Source: Solobacterium sp. (GTDB lineage: Bacteria > Bacillota_I > Bacilli_A > Erysipelotrichales > Erysipelotrichaceae). Taken from it: a DNA stretch of 64,000 nucleotides. The translations under genes were made by a program, and so were the position numbers. The notes below the pieces were generated by a model that saw nothing but the letters and a program-made list of their open reading frames with translations, made no database searches and had not been told where the DNA came from. Positions within the stretch are counted from its first letter, which is position 1; every line of letters starts with the position of its first letter. Positions 43,959-52,793 of this stretch are shown in pieces. The stretch covers positions 22,238 to 86,237 of the forward strand of contig JAFWFE010000001.1 of assembly GCA_017512555.1 (NCBI GenBank), in the 5' to 3' direction.

Positions 43959-45805
43959 GCAGAGGCCGCATGGGCAGGGGTTATCTTACCGAAGAAGAAA
44001 AAGCAAACCGTCCGACAGTTACCAAAGAATTACTACTCCGGGTATTTTCCTACCTGAAACCTTACTGGAAACAACTCTTCCTGGTATTGATTGCCATCCT
44101 GTTGTCTTCCGTATTCAGTTTGATGCCTTCGGTATTGACCGGCAGGATCATCGATGAAGGATTGATTGGCAGAGATCTGAATATGTTGATCAAACTGCTG
44201 GTATTATCTCTGCTGGTTACGTTGGGGGCAAATCTGATCGGAGTTCTGGAGAGTTATCTGAACACCTGGATCTCCCAGCACATCACGTTTGATATGCGTA
44301 ACACGATGTTCGCGCACCTGCAGAAAATGCCGCAGAGTTTCTTCACCACGAACAACCAGGGAGATATCATCACCCGTATGACGGATGACATCTCCGGTGT
44401 GGAACGGGTGATTACCTCAACATTTACCAGTATTATCTCCAATGTCATGACCCTGATCATCGCCGCAATCGCCATGTTCCAGAAGAACTGGATCATTGCG
44501 GTCGTCGCAATCATCCTGATGCCTTTACTGACACTCCCGACCAGGAAAGCCGGGAAAACACGTTGGGAACTCACCAGAGAAGCCCAGGCCAGCAGAGATG
44601 AGATCAACGGTATCCTCAACGAGACTCTGTCCGTCAGCGGACAGATGCTGGTAAAACTCTTTACCCGGGAAGACTATGAATACAATAAGTATGTCAAGGC
44701 GAACCAGAGAATGATCGATCTCAACATCAAGGAATCCATGGCAGGACGCTGGTTCCGGGTGGTCATGAGTACGGTATCCAGTGTAGGACCGATGACGTTA
44801 TATCTTGTCGGCGGTATCCTGATGATCAAGTATCACCAGGATCTCAGTGTCGGTGATATCACGGTATTGATTGCCTTGTTAAACCGTATGTATGGTCCGG
44901 TAAACTCTTTGTTGAATATCCAGGTGGACTGGATCCGGTCCATGGCCATGTTTACGCGTATCTTTGAGTACTATGACATGCCTGTGGAGATTGAGAACGC
45001 TCCTGACGCGATTACTCCCGATCACGCGGACGGCAAGGTGGAATTCCGCCATGTCGGCTTCTCCTACGAACCATCCCGCAAGATTCTGAAGGATATCAAC
45101 TTCACCCTGGAAAGCGGACACAGTATCGCGATCGTCGGTCCGTCCGGGTTCGGCAAGAGCACATTGGTGAACCTGATCCCGAGAATCTATGATGTGCAGG
45201 AAGGGGAAGTACTCTTTGACGATATCGATGTGCGTAAGCTGGATCTTGGCTATCTGCGCAGAAATGTCGGTGTGGTCACCCAGGATACTTATCTGTTCAA
45301 CGGTACGATTCGTGATAACCTGCTGTATGCCAAGGCAGACGCTACTGAAGAAGAAATCAAACAAGCCTGCCGTAAAGCCAATATCGATGAATTTATCATG
45401 GCCCAGCCGGAAGGGTATAACACCATGGTCGGTAACCGTGGTCTGAAACTATCCGGCGGTGAAAAACAGAGATTGTCCATTGCCAGAGTATTACTGAAAG
45501 ATCCGGCTTTGCTGATCTTTGACGAAGCTACCGCATCCCTTGACTCCATCTCCGAAAGTAAGATCCAGGAGGCAATTGATCCTCTGATTGCCTCCCGTAC
45601 GAGTATCCTGATTGCGCACCGCTTGTCCACAATTCTCGCTGCTGATGAGATCCTGGTCGTCAAGGACGGAGAAATCGTTGAACGCGGACAGCACCGTGAC
45701 CTTGTCAGTAAGAACGGAGTCTACCGTGAACTCTACGAAACCCAGTTCCACAAAGCCCTGGAAACAGAAAAACAGATACTGGCCGAAGGAGCCCTGGAGG
45801 GATAA
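43955..45805 (+). CDS. ABC exporter, fused permease/ATPase (MsbA/type IV exporter-like)
   Basis: Six-TM domain, Walker A GPSGFGKST, LSGGEKQR, Walker B LLIFDEATS. ATGA overlap with the upstream gene. Confidence 0.9.
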   Translation: MSRGRMGRGYLTEEEKANRPTVTKELLLRVFSYLKPYWKQLFLVLIAILLSSVFSLMPSVLTGRIIDEGLIGRDLNMLIKLLVLSLLVTLGANLIGVLESYLNTWISQHITFDMRNTMFAHLQKMPQSFFTTNNQGDIITRMTDDISGVERVITSTFTSIISNVMTLIIAAIAMFQKNWIIAVVAIILMPLLTLPTRKAGKTRWELTREAQASRDEINGILNETLSVSGQMLVKLFTREDYEYNKYVKANQRMIDLNIKESMAGRWFRVVMSTVSSVGPMTLYLVGGILMIKYHQDLSVGDITVLIALLNRMYGPVNSLLNIQVDWIRSMAMFTRIFEYYDMPVEIENAPDAITPDHADGKVEFRHVGFSYEPSRKILKDINFTLESGHSIAIVGPSGFGKSTLVNLIPRIYDVQEGEVLFDDIDVRKLDLGYLRRNVGVVTQDTYLFNGTIRDNLLYAKADATEEEIKQACRKANIDEFIMAQPEGYNTMVGNRGLKLSGGEKQRLSIARVLLKDPALLIFDEATASLDSISESKIQEAIDPLIASRTSILIAHRLSTILAADEILVVKDGEIVERGQHRDLVSKNGVYRELYETQFHKALETEKQILAEGALEG

Positions 45806-45806
45806 C

Positions 45807-46511
45807 ATGAAAGTATTATTTGTAGGTAACAGTCATACATTCTTCAACGATATGCCTGCGTTATTTGCCCGTTTTGCGGAGATTACGACCGGTGAAACGA
45901 CCGACGCTGTGATGCTGGCATATTCCGGCAGAGAACTGGAATGGCACCGTAAAGAGTATTTCTCTCTGCGTTATCAGCTGATGTACGGCAAATATGATTA
46001 CTGTGTGATCCAGCAGGCTGCGCATCCATTCCCCGCTAAAGAATCCACGATGACCATGGGAAAGGAGATCATTGACCTCTGTCACCGGACCCATACAAAA
46101 CCCGTAGTTTATATGACCTGGGCAGAAAAACGCTTCCCGGAAAACCAGCAGAAAATGATCGATACCCTGACCGAACTGGCAGAGACCAACAATGCCCTGA
46201 TCTGCCCGGTAGGAATCATCTGGCAGAAGATCCTGAAAGAATATCCTGAGATCGACCTGTTCTGGAAAGATGGTGAACACGCCGGGGTATACGGAGATTT
46301 CCTGATTGCGGCTTCGTTCTGCCGCCTGCTGACCGGAAAAGTAAGTCCGGAAGTCAGCGGACTCGGACAGGATTTCTTCGGAGATTCAACGTTTAACTTC
46401 GAACTTCCGAGAATCCTGGAAGATCCGGAGAAAGTCAAAATTGATTTAGACAAAGAAAAAACAGATACGATCCTCAAGGTAATCGAATCTGTCTTCAGTC
46501 AAACAGAGTAA
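45807..46511 (+). CDS. SGNH/GDSL-like hydrolase
   Basis: MKVLFVGNSHT (block I Ser) and KDGEHAG (DxxH block V). ATG 45807 follows GGAGGG, 1 nt after the ABC stop. The track's upstream extension is in frame but overlaps the ABC gene. Confidence 0.7.
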   Translation: MKVLFVGNSHTFFNDMPALFARFAEITTGETTDAVMLAYSGRELEWHRKEYFSLRYQLMYGKYDYCVIQQAAHPFPAKESTMTMGKEIIDLCHRTHTKPVVYMTWAEKRFPENQQKMIDTLTELAETNNALICPVGIIWQKILKEYPEIDLFWKDGEHAGVYGDFLIAASFCRLLTGKVSPEVSGLGQDFFGDSTFNFELPRILEDPEKVKIDLDKEKTDTILKVIESVFSQTE

Positions 46512-47574
46512 GCAGGTTGTCCAGTCCCGGAAGAGACTGGGCTTCTTTTTTGAATTTACCGGCATTCAGGGAATAATGTTCGTCAGCCAGCAGTCTGCGG
46601 TAACTCTCATACAATGTGCGTACATTCAGATCCTCCTCCGGCAGACTTGTGCCGAAGCCGTTTCTGGAGACTGTTGCCGCATACCAGCTTCGCTTCCAGC
46701 TTCCGTCGGTGATGACCAGCTGCGGTATTCCGCGCAATACAGCCTGGTGGAACAAATAGTCATCTCCGTCATGGATCAATACCTGCGCACGATCCAGCTG
46801 GGAAAGCCGTACCGAAGACGCATAGTGCAGATTCTCTTCTTTACCGACATCACTGCCCGGATACCAGATCTCAATGGTGTAGGGAGCTCCCTTATACGCA
46901 TCATCGAGTAAGGTCTTCAGGCGGTTTCTCTTTATTTCAGACTCATAGAGATATACGCAGACATTCCGGGGATTCTCTTCTGCAGATTCTTTCCGGTATG
47001 TCCTGCCGATCCGCAGTACTTCCACAGATTCCGGGAGAAGATTCAAGGTAGAAGATCCCAGGGTAAAGCACCCGTGCGCGTATTGGTATAACTCATTCAG
47101 ACGGAATACCTGTTCGGCCTTGCCGGAAGACAGTACACTGTTTATCTCCCGGATCATCACCGGGTCAAACGAACGATTCCTGTACATGGCGCCGTTCACG
47201 TAGGAAATAAACGGTGTGTTGGTCATCCGTGCAGCGATGATTGCAGAGAATCTTCCCAGGTCCAGGACATGATCCGGACGGAATGTATCAATGATACCCT
47301 TGACGATTTCCGTATCACTCTTCAGGTAACGTTGTCTGGATATTCCTGAAGTATAACAGTATTCTTCATAACCTGCAGGACTGGTCTTCCTGAACTTATC
47401 CAGAACCGAAGAAGACAACGGTGCATATGGGTATAAAGCGGTATGTTTATACGTATCCTTAGGGGCACTGACCGCCGTCTCTATACCATTCCGGTTTAAC
47501 ATATCCAAAATCTCCTGCACAAATAAAATCCAGGCAGGAGACGCGTTGATTTTCGGGACAACCAGTACTTTCAT
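46495..47574 (-). CDS. GT-B-fold glycosyltransferase-like protein (GT1/GT28-like, divergent)
   Basis: C-terminal LIHDGDDYLFHQAVLRGIPQLVI...GFG resembles the HHGGxGT...G.P donor-binding segment of MGT/MurG-like enzymes, but with substitutions. Confidence 0.45.
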   Translation of the reverse strand: MKVLVVPKINASPAWILFVQEILDMLNRNGIETAVSAPKDTYKHTALYPYAPLSSSVLDKFRKTSPAGYEEYCYTSGISRQRYLKSDTEIVKGIIDTFRPDHVLDLGRFSAIIAARMTNTPFISYVNGAMYRNRSFDPVMIREINSVLSSGKAEQVFRLNELYQYAHGCFTLGSSTLNLLPESVEVLRIGRTYRKESAEENPRNVCVYLYESEIKRNRLKTLLDDAYKGAPYTIEIWYPGSDVGKEENLHYASSVRLSQLDRAQVLIHDGDDYLFHQAVLRGIPQLVITDGSWKRSWYAATVSRNGFGTSLPEEDLNVRTLYESYRRLLADEHYSLNAGKFKKEAQSLPGLDNLLTLFD

Positions 47575-47690
47575 GAATAAAGTATAGTATAAATCACAGG
47601 ATTGCGACAGTGCAGGATATCACCCGGAAACAGTTGTTTTTTACCTTTGGTTAAAATATGATTAAAGAAGAAAAAAACAGGAGGCAGTTT

Positions 47691-48311
47691 ATGCTGGAAG
47701 TATTAAATCATCCACTAATTACTCATAAATTAACGCTGATGCGTAATAAGAACACCGGTACCAAGGATTTCCGTGAAAATCTTGATGAAATCGCGGAACT
47801 GATGGCTTATGAAATCTGCCGTGATCTGCCGATTCAGCCGATTGATATCGAAACTCCGATGGGACCTTGTGTAGGTTATGAACTTAGTAAAGAAGTTGTG
47901 ATCGTTCCGATCCTTCGCGCAGGTATCGGTCTTCTGGATGGTATCCGCCGTCTGGTGCCTACCGCAAAAGTCGGCTTTGTCGGATTATACAGAGATGAAG
48001 AAACCCTGCAGCCGCAGGAGTATTTCTCCAAATTCCCGAAGAATCTGAAAGACGCGATCGTGATGATCGTTGACCCGATGCTGGCGACCGGAGGAAGCGC
48101 TGTAGCCGCAATCAACCTGGTCAAGGAACGCGGCGCGAAGTCCATCAAACTGATCTGTCTGGTTGGTGTGCCTGAGGGTGCCAAGGCTGTACAGGAAGCA
48201 CATCCGGATGTGGATATCTATCTCGCAGCCATGGATGACCATCTCAACGAGATCGGATATATCGTTCCGGGTCTCGGAGATGCCGGTGACCGTATTTTCG
48301 GCACAAAGTAA
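47691..48311 (+). CDS. upp: Uracil phosphoribosyltransferase
   Basis: [18 protein letters not shown]..., PRPP motif [17 protein letters not shown] 47691 follows AGGAGG. Confidence 0.95.
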   Translation: MLEVLNHPLITHKLTLMRNKNTGTKDFRENLDEIAELMAYEICRDLPIQPIDIETPMGPCVGYELSKEVVIVPILRAGIGLLDGIRRLVPTAKVGFVGLYRDEETLQPQEYFSKFPKNLKDAIVMIVDPMLATGGSAVAAINLVKERGAKSIKLICLVGVPEGAKAVQEAHPDVDIYLAAMDDHLNEIGYIVPGLGDAGDRIFGTK

Positions 48312-48508
48312 TGGCTTCATTCTTTCTTGAAACCGGAATCTATATCCTTTGCCTGTTGTTGTCTTTTTATGCCATGAGTGCAGTAAATTTTGAAAAGATC
48401 ATCAAGGCAAATCATGTCTGGCAGGCTCAGTTACTGTATGCCATGCTGGTAATGGCACTGGCTTATCTGACAGCCGGGTTTGTTCTGGGATTTATTTACC
48501 GGGGATAA
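48311..48508 (+). CDS. DUF1146 (YwzB-like) small membrane protein
   Basis: 65 aa with 2 TM segments. Shows the conserved position after upp. Confidence 0.7.
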   Translation: MASFFLETGIYILCLLLSFYAMSAVNFEKIIKANHVWQAQLLYAMLVMALAYLTAGFVLGFIYRG

Positions 48509-48562
48509 TGAAGACAGCGGGCTTTTTCAGTCCGCTGTTATGGTATAATAGCCGCGTATAGT

Positions 48563-49696
48563 ATGAATCTGATTAAGGGAGCACTACCGTATTTCTTATT
48601 ACCGCTTGTGATTTCATTTGCTCTGGTGCCTCTGTGCAAGCAAGTGGGTTTTCGTCTGGGCATTTACGCGCAGGAGAACAACCGTACGGTACATCACGGA
48701 AGAATTGTACGTATCGGCGGCACGGCGATCTTTATCGCGTTTCTGACGTCTCTTACGGTATTCCTGTCAGCGGATGATACGCTTAACGGTATTGTGATTG
48801 GTGGATCCCTGGTCTTTATCGGAGGACTCCTGGATGATATCTATGAGTTATCTCCGAAGAAAAAGATCCTGTTCCAGGTAGCCGGCGCGGTGATTGCCAT
48901 GGTGATCGGAAAACTGTATTTACAGGAAATGCAGATCTTTGCCCTGGATATCTCTTCCCCGATCATTACGATCATGATCTCATTCTTCTGGATCATCGGG
49001 ATTACGAATGCGATCAATCTTATAGATGGTCTGGACGGTCTTTCCAGCGGTATCTCCCTGATCGTTATCCTGACGATCGGTTTACTTGGATACTTCATGG
49101 GCAGAAGAGATATCTGTATTCTGGCGTTATGCCTGAGCGGCGCAATCCTGGGCTTCCTGCCGTACAATTTCCACCCGGCATCGATCTTTGTCGGTGACTG
49201 CGGAGCACAGTTCATGGGCTTTACCATCGCCTGTATCTCTCTTCTGGGATTCAAGACTACTGCTTTGATCACTCTGGGCTTCCCGATCTTATTACTGTTT
49301 ATCCCGATCAGTGATACGCTGCTGGCAATCATCCGAAGACGTCTGAAGGGACAGAAGTTCTCCCAGGCAGACAAGGGACATCTTCACCACGTGCTGATGT
49401 TCAAACTGAAACTGGGACATCAGCGTACTGTACTTACACTGTACGTGGTTACCCTGTTGTTCGCGTTTGCGGCAGTACTGAGTTACTTCTATCCGTCTCT
49501 GGGGATTGCGTTAGTTGCGGTACTGATCATCTTCTTTGAACTGTTTATCGAGTATACCGGAATGGTTAATCCGAAGTTCCATCCGATTTTGTCCCTGGTC
49601 AACCGTCTGACCGGATGGCCGAAGATCCTGGATGGACAAGACCCGGTAGATTCCAAGATCCAGGAAAGCGCACAGGAGAAATCCCTGCCTGAATAA
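48563..49696 (+). CDS. Polyprenyl-phosphate N-acetylhexosamine-1-phosphate transferase (GT4 MraY/WecA/TagO family)
   Basis: NAINLIDGLDGL motif in a polytopic membrane protein; VGDCGAQFMGF. Confidence 0.85.
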   Translation: MNLIKGALPYFLLPLVISFALVPLCKQVGFRLGIYAQENNRTVHHGRIVRIGGTAIFIAFLTSLTVFLSADDTLNGIVIGGSLVFIGGLLDDIYELSPKKKILFQVAGAVIAMVIGKLYLQEMQIFALDISSPIITIMISFFWIIGITNAINLIDGLDGLSSGISLIVILTIGLLGYFMGRRDICILALCLSGAILGFLPYNFHPASIFVGDCGAQFMGFTIACISLLGFKTTALITLGFPILLLFIPISDTLLAIIRRRLKGQKFSQADKGHLHHVLMFKLKLGHQRTVLTLYVVTLLFAFAAVLSYFYPSLGIALVAVLIIFFELFIEYTGMVNPKFHPILSLVNRLTGWPKILDGQDPVDSKIQESAQEKSLPE

Positions 49697-49702
49697 TCAA
49701 TG

Positions 49703-49742
49703 AAACTCTTCTTACGGTGATCCTGCCGGGAAGAGTTTTTTT
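49703..49742 (+). terminator. Rho-independent terminator
   Basis: AAACTCTTC (49703-49711) pairs with GAAGAGTTT (49730-49738), followed by TTTT. Confidence 0.65.
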
Positions 49743-49784
49743 ATACAAAACACACAATTATGTACATTAATACAGGAATAATAT

Positions 49785-49814
49785 TTGACATTATAAAGAG
49801 ATTAAAATTATAGT
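49785..49814 (+). promoter_or_regulatory. Sigma-A promoter abutting the start codon (leaderless geometry)
   Basis: TTGACA at 49785-49790, 18 nt, TATAGT at 49809-49814, then 6 nt to ATG 49821. No SD. Confidence 0.5.
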
Positions 49815-49820
49815 TATTTT

Positions 49821-51749
49821 ATGCGGGAAGTAGATGATCGCTATCCGGAAATTGGAAAGCCCTATGAACCGGTAAAGGGCGGAAAACATCATAAGAGACT
49901 AAACTATGCGAAGATTCCGTTACTGATGGCCGGTGCTTTAATTGCGCTTTCAGCGTTGGTTCACAAGCCTCTGCCTGTAATACCAAGCGGTCCGGAACCG
50001 GAAGTGGTTGTGGTTGTTCCTACGCCGAGTCCGGAGCCTGTAAATCCGCCGGAAACAACACCTAAACCAGATAAAAAACCTGACCCGGCACCTCCTACAC
50101 CTACACCGACAACACCGGTTCCCCCGACACCGGCACCTCCGACACCGTCTCCAAGTATTGAGCCGGGTCCTACTCCGATACCGGAACCACATCCTGAACC
50201 AGAACCTGAACCGGAACCTTCACCCAGTACGGAACCGGAGACCAGAGTTACAGTAACCATAACCGGCGCACAGGTGACACAGCCCTATACCGGTGAGCGG
50301 TTGTTTGCGGAAGGGTATAAGTATACCGCGAAAAAGGGAAAGAAAGAACTGGATCAGGAAGACTTTGACGTAGTATACAACGCAACTGCGGACTCTCCCA
50401 TACCCATGGCTTCCGGGATTGAACCGGGCACTTATTACATGGGTATGACCAAGGGTGATTTTAGTGTTTCTTCAGGAAAATATAAGAATATCAATGTGAC
50501 TGTCAAAGACGGCTGGCTGAAGATCATCGACGAGAATCAGGCAGTAACCGTTACGATTGTCGGTAATCATGACACGCTGACGTATACCGGAGAAAATCTG
50601 CAGGTTGACGGCTTTACCTATACAGCCGTTACCAGTGACGGTGATGATGTCACGGATTACATAACCGTTGAATTGAATGCAGGAAGTCTGGCTGTAGCGT
50701 CCGGCGTAGATGTCGGCACACACCAGATGAATCTCAGCGCATCAGACTTCTCGGTAACTTCCAGTTCATTTACGAATATTACCGTACAGATTACGGACGG
50801 ATATCTGGAGATTACACCGAAGGATCTGACGATTACCGTTACCGGTAATACTCTGACAGTGCCGTTTGATAACGAGGAACATGTGGTCAATGGCTATACG
50901 ATCACGATTCCGAGTGACGCAACGATTACTCTGGACCAGATCATCGGTCCGGCTGAGGAGGAGGCCTATGCCCACGGATCTGCGGTAGGAACCTACTACA
51001 TGAATCTGAGCGCTTCTGACTTCAGTACGACCAATACAAACTATAATGTCACATTTGACGTTACCGACGGCTGGCTGAAGATTACTTCCTCGGATACCCA
51101 TAACGCTCCGGTAATCACTATTGATGATTATATGAGCGTACTCAAGGAGAACGGCGTATGGTCCTGCTGGAGAGGCTTCGATATTCAGCTGAATGATCTC
51201 GCCGGAGGAAGCGGTACCCTGACCCTGTATGTGGACGGCGCCGCAACCGATATATCTCTTAACTATGATGGAACCAGCACATCCGGTACTACATGGAGTG
51301 ATCAAGTCCGGTATGATTTCGCGGATACCAGTGACACAAATGAAAGAAGAACAGGTAAGCTAGTTCTAACATATACATGTCCGGACGGCTCGACAGGTAC
51401 TGTAGAGTCCTCTGAATTCTATCTGTATAAAGGCTCTTACGTAACCAATACGTCATACAGCTATGACGGAGGAACCCTGACTCTGGACATCGAGATCGAT
51501 CCTGCAATAGCCAATGCTTCACAGGTAGATCTGGAATATTCCTGGCTCTCTGTGACATCCGGAGGATCGACACAGACGTATACCAGTCCTTCGAATACTT
51601 CATCCAGCGGCAATCACTACTACGTTCGTTACAACATCGGCGCAGTAGATAACGGCGCAACATTTGAAGCGTCCATCATCCTGATCGCTCCGGATGGCAG
51701 CGGCAGTTACCGTCCAAGTGACGCAAGTATGACCGGACAGTTAAACTAA
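49821..51749 (+). CDS. Membrane-anchored surface protein with a Pro-rich linker and three MBG-like repeats
   Basis: N-terminal basic segment and TM (IPLLMAGALIALSAL), a PT/PE-rich linker, three repeats of about 95 aa ending DG(W/Y)L(K/E)I, and a C-terminal Thr/Ser/Tyr-rich domain. No LPXTG or NPQTN sorting motif. Confidence 0.75.
   Translation: MREVDDRYPEIGKPYEPVKGGKHHKRLNYAKIPLLMAGALIALSALVHKPLPVIPSGPEPEVVVVVPTPSPEPVNPPETTPKPDKKPDPAPPTPTPTTPVPPTPAPPTPSPSIEPGPTPIPEPHPEPEPEPEPSPSTEPETRVTVTITGAQVTQPYTGERLFAEGYKYTAKKGKKELDQEDFDVVYNATADSPIPMASGIEPGTYYMGMTKGDFSVSSGKYKNINVTVKDGWLKIIDENQAVTVTIVGNHDTLTYTGENLQVDGFTYTAVTSDGDDVTDYITVELNAGSLAVASGVDVGTHQMNLSASDFSVTSSSFTNITVQITDGYLEITPKDLTITVTGNTLTVPFDNEEHVVNGYTITIPSDATITLDQIIGPAEEEAYAHGSAVGTYYMNLSASDFSTTNTNYNVTFDVTDGWLKITSSDTHNAPVITIDDYMSVLKENGVWSCWRGFDIQLNDLAGGSGTLTLYVDGAATDISLNYDGTSTSGTTWSDQVRYDFADTSDTNERRTGKLVLTYTCPDGSTGTVESSEFYLYKGSYVTNTSYSYDGGTLTLDIEIDPAIANASQVDLEYSWLSVTSGGSTQTYTSPSNTSSSGNHYYVRYNIGAVDNGATFEASIILIAPDGSGSYRPSDASMTGQLN
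50244..51095 (+). repeat. Three tandem repeats of about 280-290 nt encoding the MBG-like domain
   Basis: Repeated pattern VTVT..G....TYTGE...(G)(Y/F)(K/T)YTA...ASG...GT(Y/H)(Y/Q)M...DFSV.S..(Y/F).NI.V...DGWLKI. GACGGCTGGCTGAAGAT recurs at 50509 and 51066. Confidence 0.7.
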
Positions 51750-51784
51750 CATAAATATCATCGATACATGGGGAGGATTTACAT

Positions 51785-52702
51785 ATGAAGGTAAGAAGTA
51801 TCATCGGTACCATAATTTCCATTATTCTGATCGTATTACTGTTTAATCCGCAGTGGCTTCCGTTCTCGGCAGAGACAGTCGCCAAGATGCAGGATCTGCG
51901 TTCAGATCATTTCCTGATTGAACGAAGCGGAGAAATCACCGTAGCACACATTGGTACGCTGATTCTGGCGCTGGCGATCGTTACGCTGGTCTACCAGATC
52001 ATCAAGTGGATCCTTCGCTTTACCGCGGACAGAGATGAACACTCCAGGACGATAGCGCTCTTACTTACCGGTCTGATCCGTTATCTGGCAATAATTGTTG
52101 CCTTTATCTGGGGCCTCAGTATTCTTGGTGTCAATACCACTGCTGTCCTTGCCGGAGCCGGAATCATCGGATTGATCGTTGGCTTTGGTGCCCAGAGTCT
52201 CATTGAAGATATCATCACCGGTCTGTTCATCATCTTTGAACGTCAGTATGAGATTGGGGATATTATCATCCTGGATGAATTCCGTGGTATTGTACGCAGT
52301 ATCGGTGTACGTACAACGGTGATTGAAGATGCCGGAGGAAACCTGAAGGTTGTCAATAACTCGGATATCCGTAACTTCCAGAACCGTTCCCGCAATCGTT
52401 CGCTTGCGCTCAGTGAACCCTCTGTCTCTTATAAGACAGACCTGAAGTATCTCGAACGTGTACTGCAGGATAATCTGGGTAAGATGTATACCTTGCATAA
52501 AGACCTGTATCTGGAAAAACCGATCTATTACGGTGTACAGGAACTGGGAGAAAGCGGTATTACCATCCGTGTCGGTGCCTGGGTCAATGAAGCCAATATC
52601 TTTGTGGCACAGCGTCAGCTTAATCGTGATCTCAAGATCTTGTTTGATGAGAATGGTATAGAGATTCCTTTCCCGCAGGTTGTTGTCCATCAGGGAGACT
52701 AG
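51785..52702 (+). CDS. mscS: Small-conductance mechanosensitive channel (MscS family)
   Basis: Three TM segments, then GAGIIGLIVGFGAQSLIEDIITGLFIIFERQYEIGDII. Confidence 0.9.
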   Translation: MKVRSIIGTIISIILIVLLFNPQWLPFSAETVAKMQDLRSDHFLIERSGEITVAHIGTLILALAIVTLVYQIIKWILRFTADRDEHSRTIALLLTGLIRYLAIIVAFIWGLSILGVNTTAVLAGAGIIGLIVGFGAQSLIEDIITGLFIIFERQYEIGDIIILDEFRGIVRSIGVRTTVIEDAGGNLKVVNNSDIRNFQNRSRNRSLALSEPSVSYKTDLKYLERVLQDNLGKMYTLHKDLYLEKPIYYGVQELGESGITIRVGAWVNEANIFVAQRQLNRDLKILFDENGIEIPFPQVVVHQGD

Positions 52703-52728
52703 TTTACAGATTTATCACTTATACAGAG

Positions 52729-52762
52729 AATTCTCCGGGTTACCCGGGGAATTTCTTTTTTT
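52729..52762 (+). terminator. Rho-independent terminator
   Basis: 11-bp stem GAATTCTCCGG (52729-52739) pairing with CCGGGGAATTT (52744-52754, includes G-U pairs), followed by a run of 7 T. Confidence 0.7.
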
Positions 52763-52793
52763 CGTCCTATGTAATGTGTGGAGGGTCAATTAT

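Noticed and set aside
47575-47690. PyrR-binding attenuator upstream of upp
   Set aside because: I found no ARUCCAGAGAGG-type PyrR box and no convincing terminator/antiterminator pair. Only a CAGGAT direct repeat is present.
49950-50260. Arg/Cys-rich and Gly-rich antisense ORFs opposite the Pro-rich linker
   Set aside because: Low-complexity mirror of the CCN-rich coding strand.
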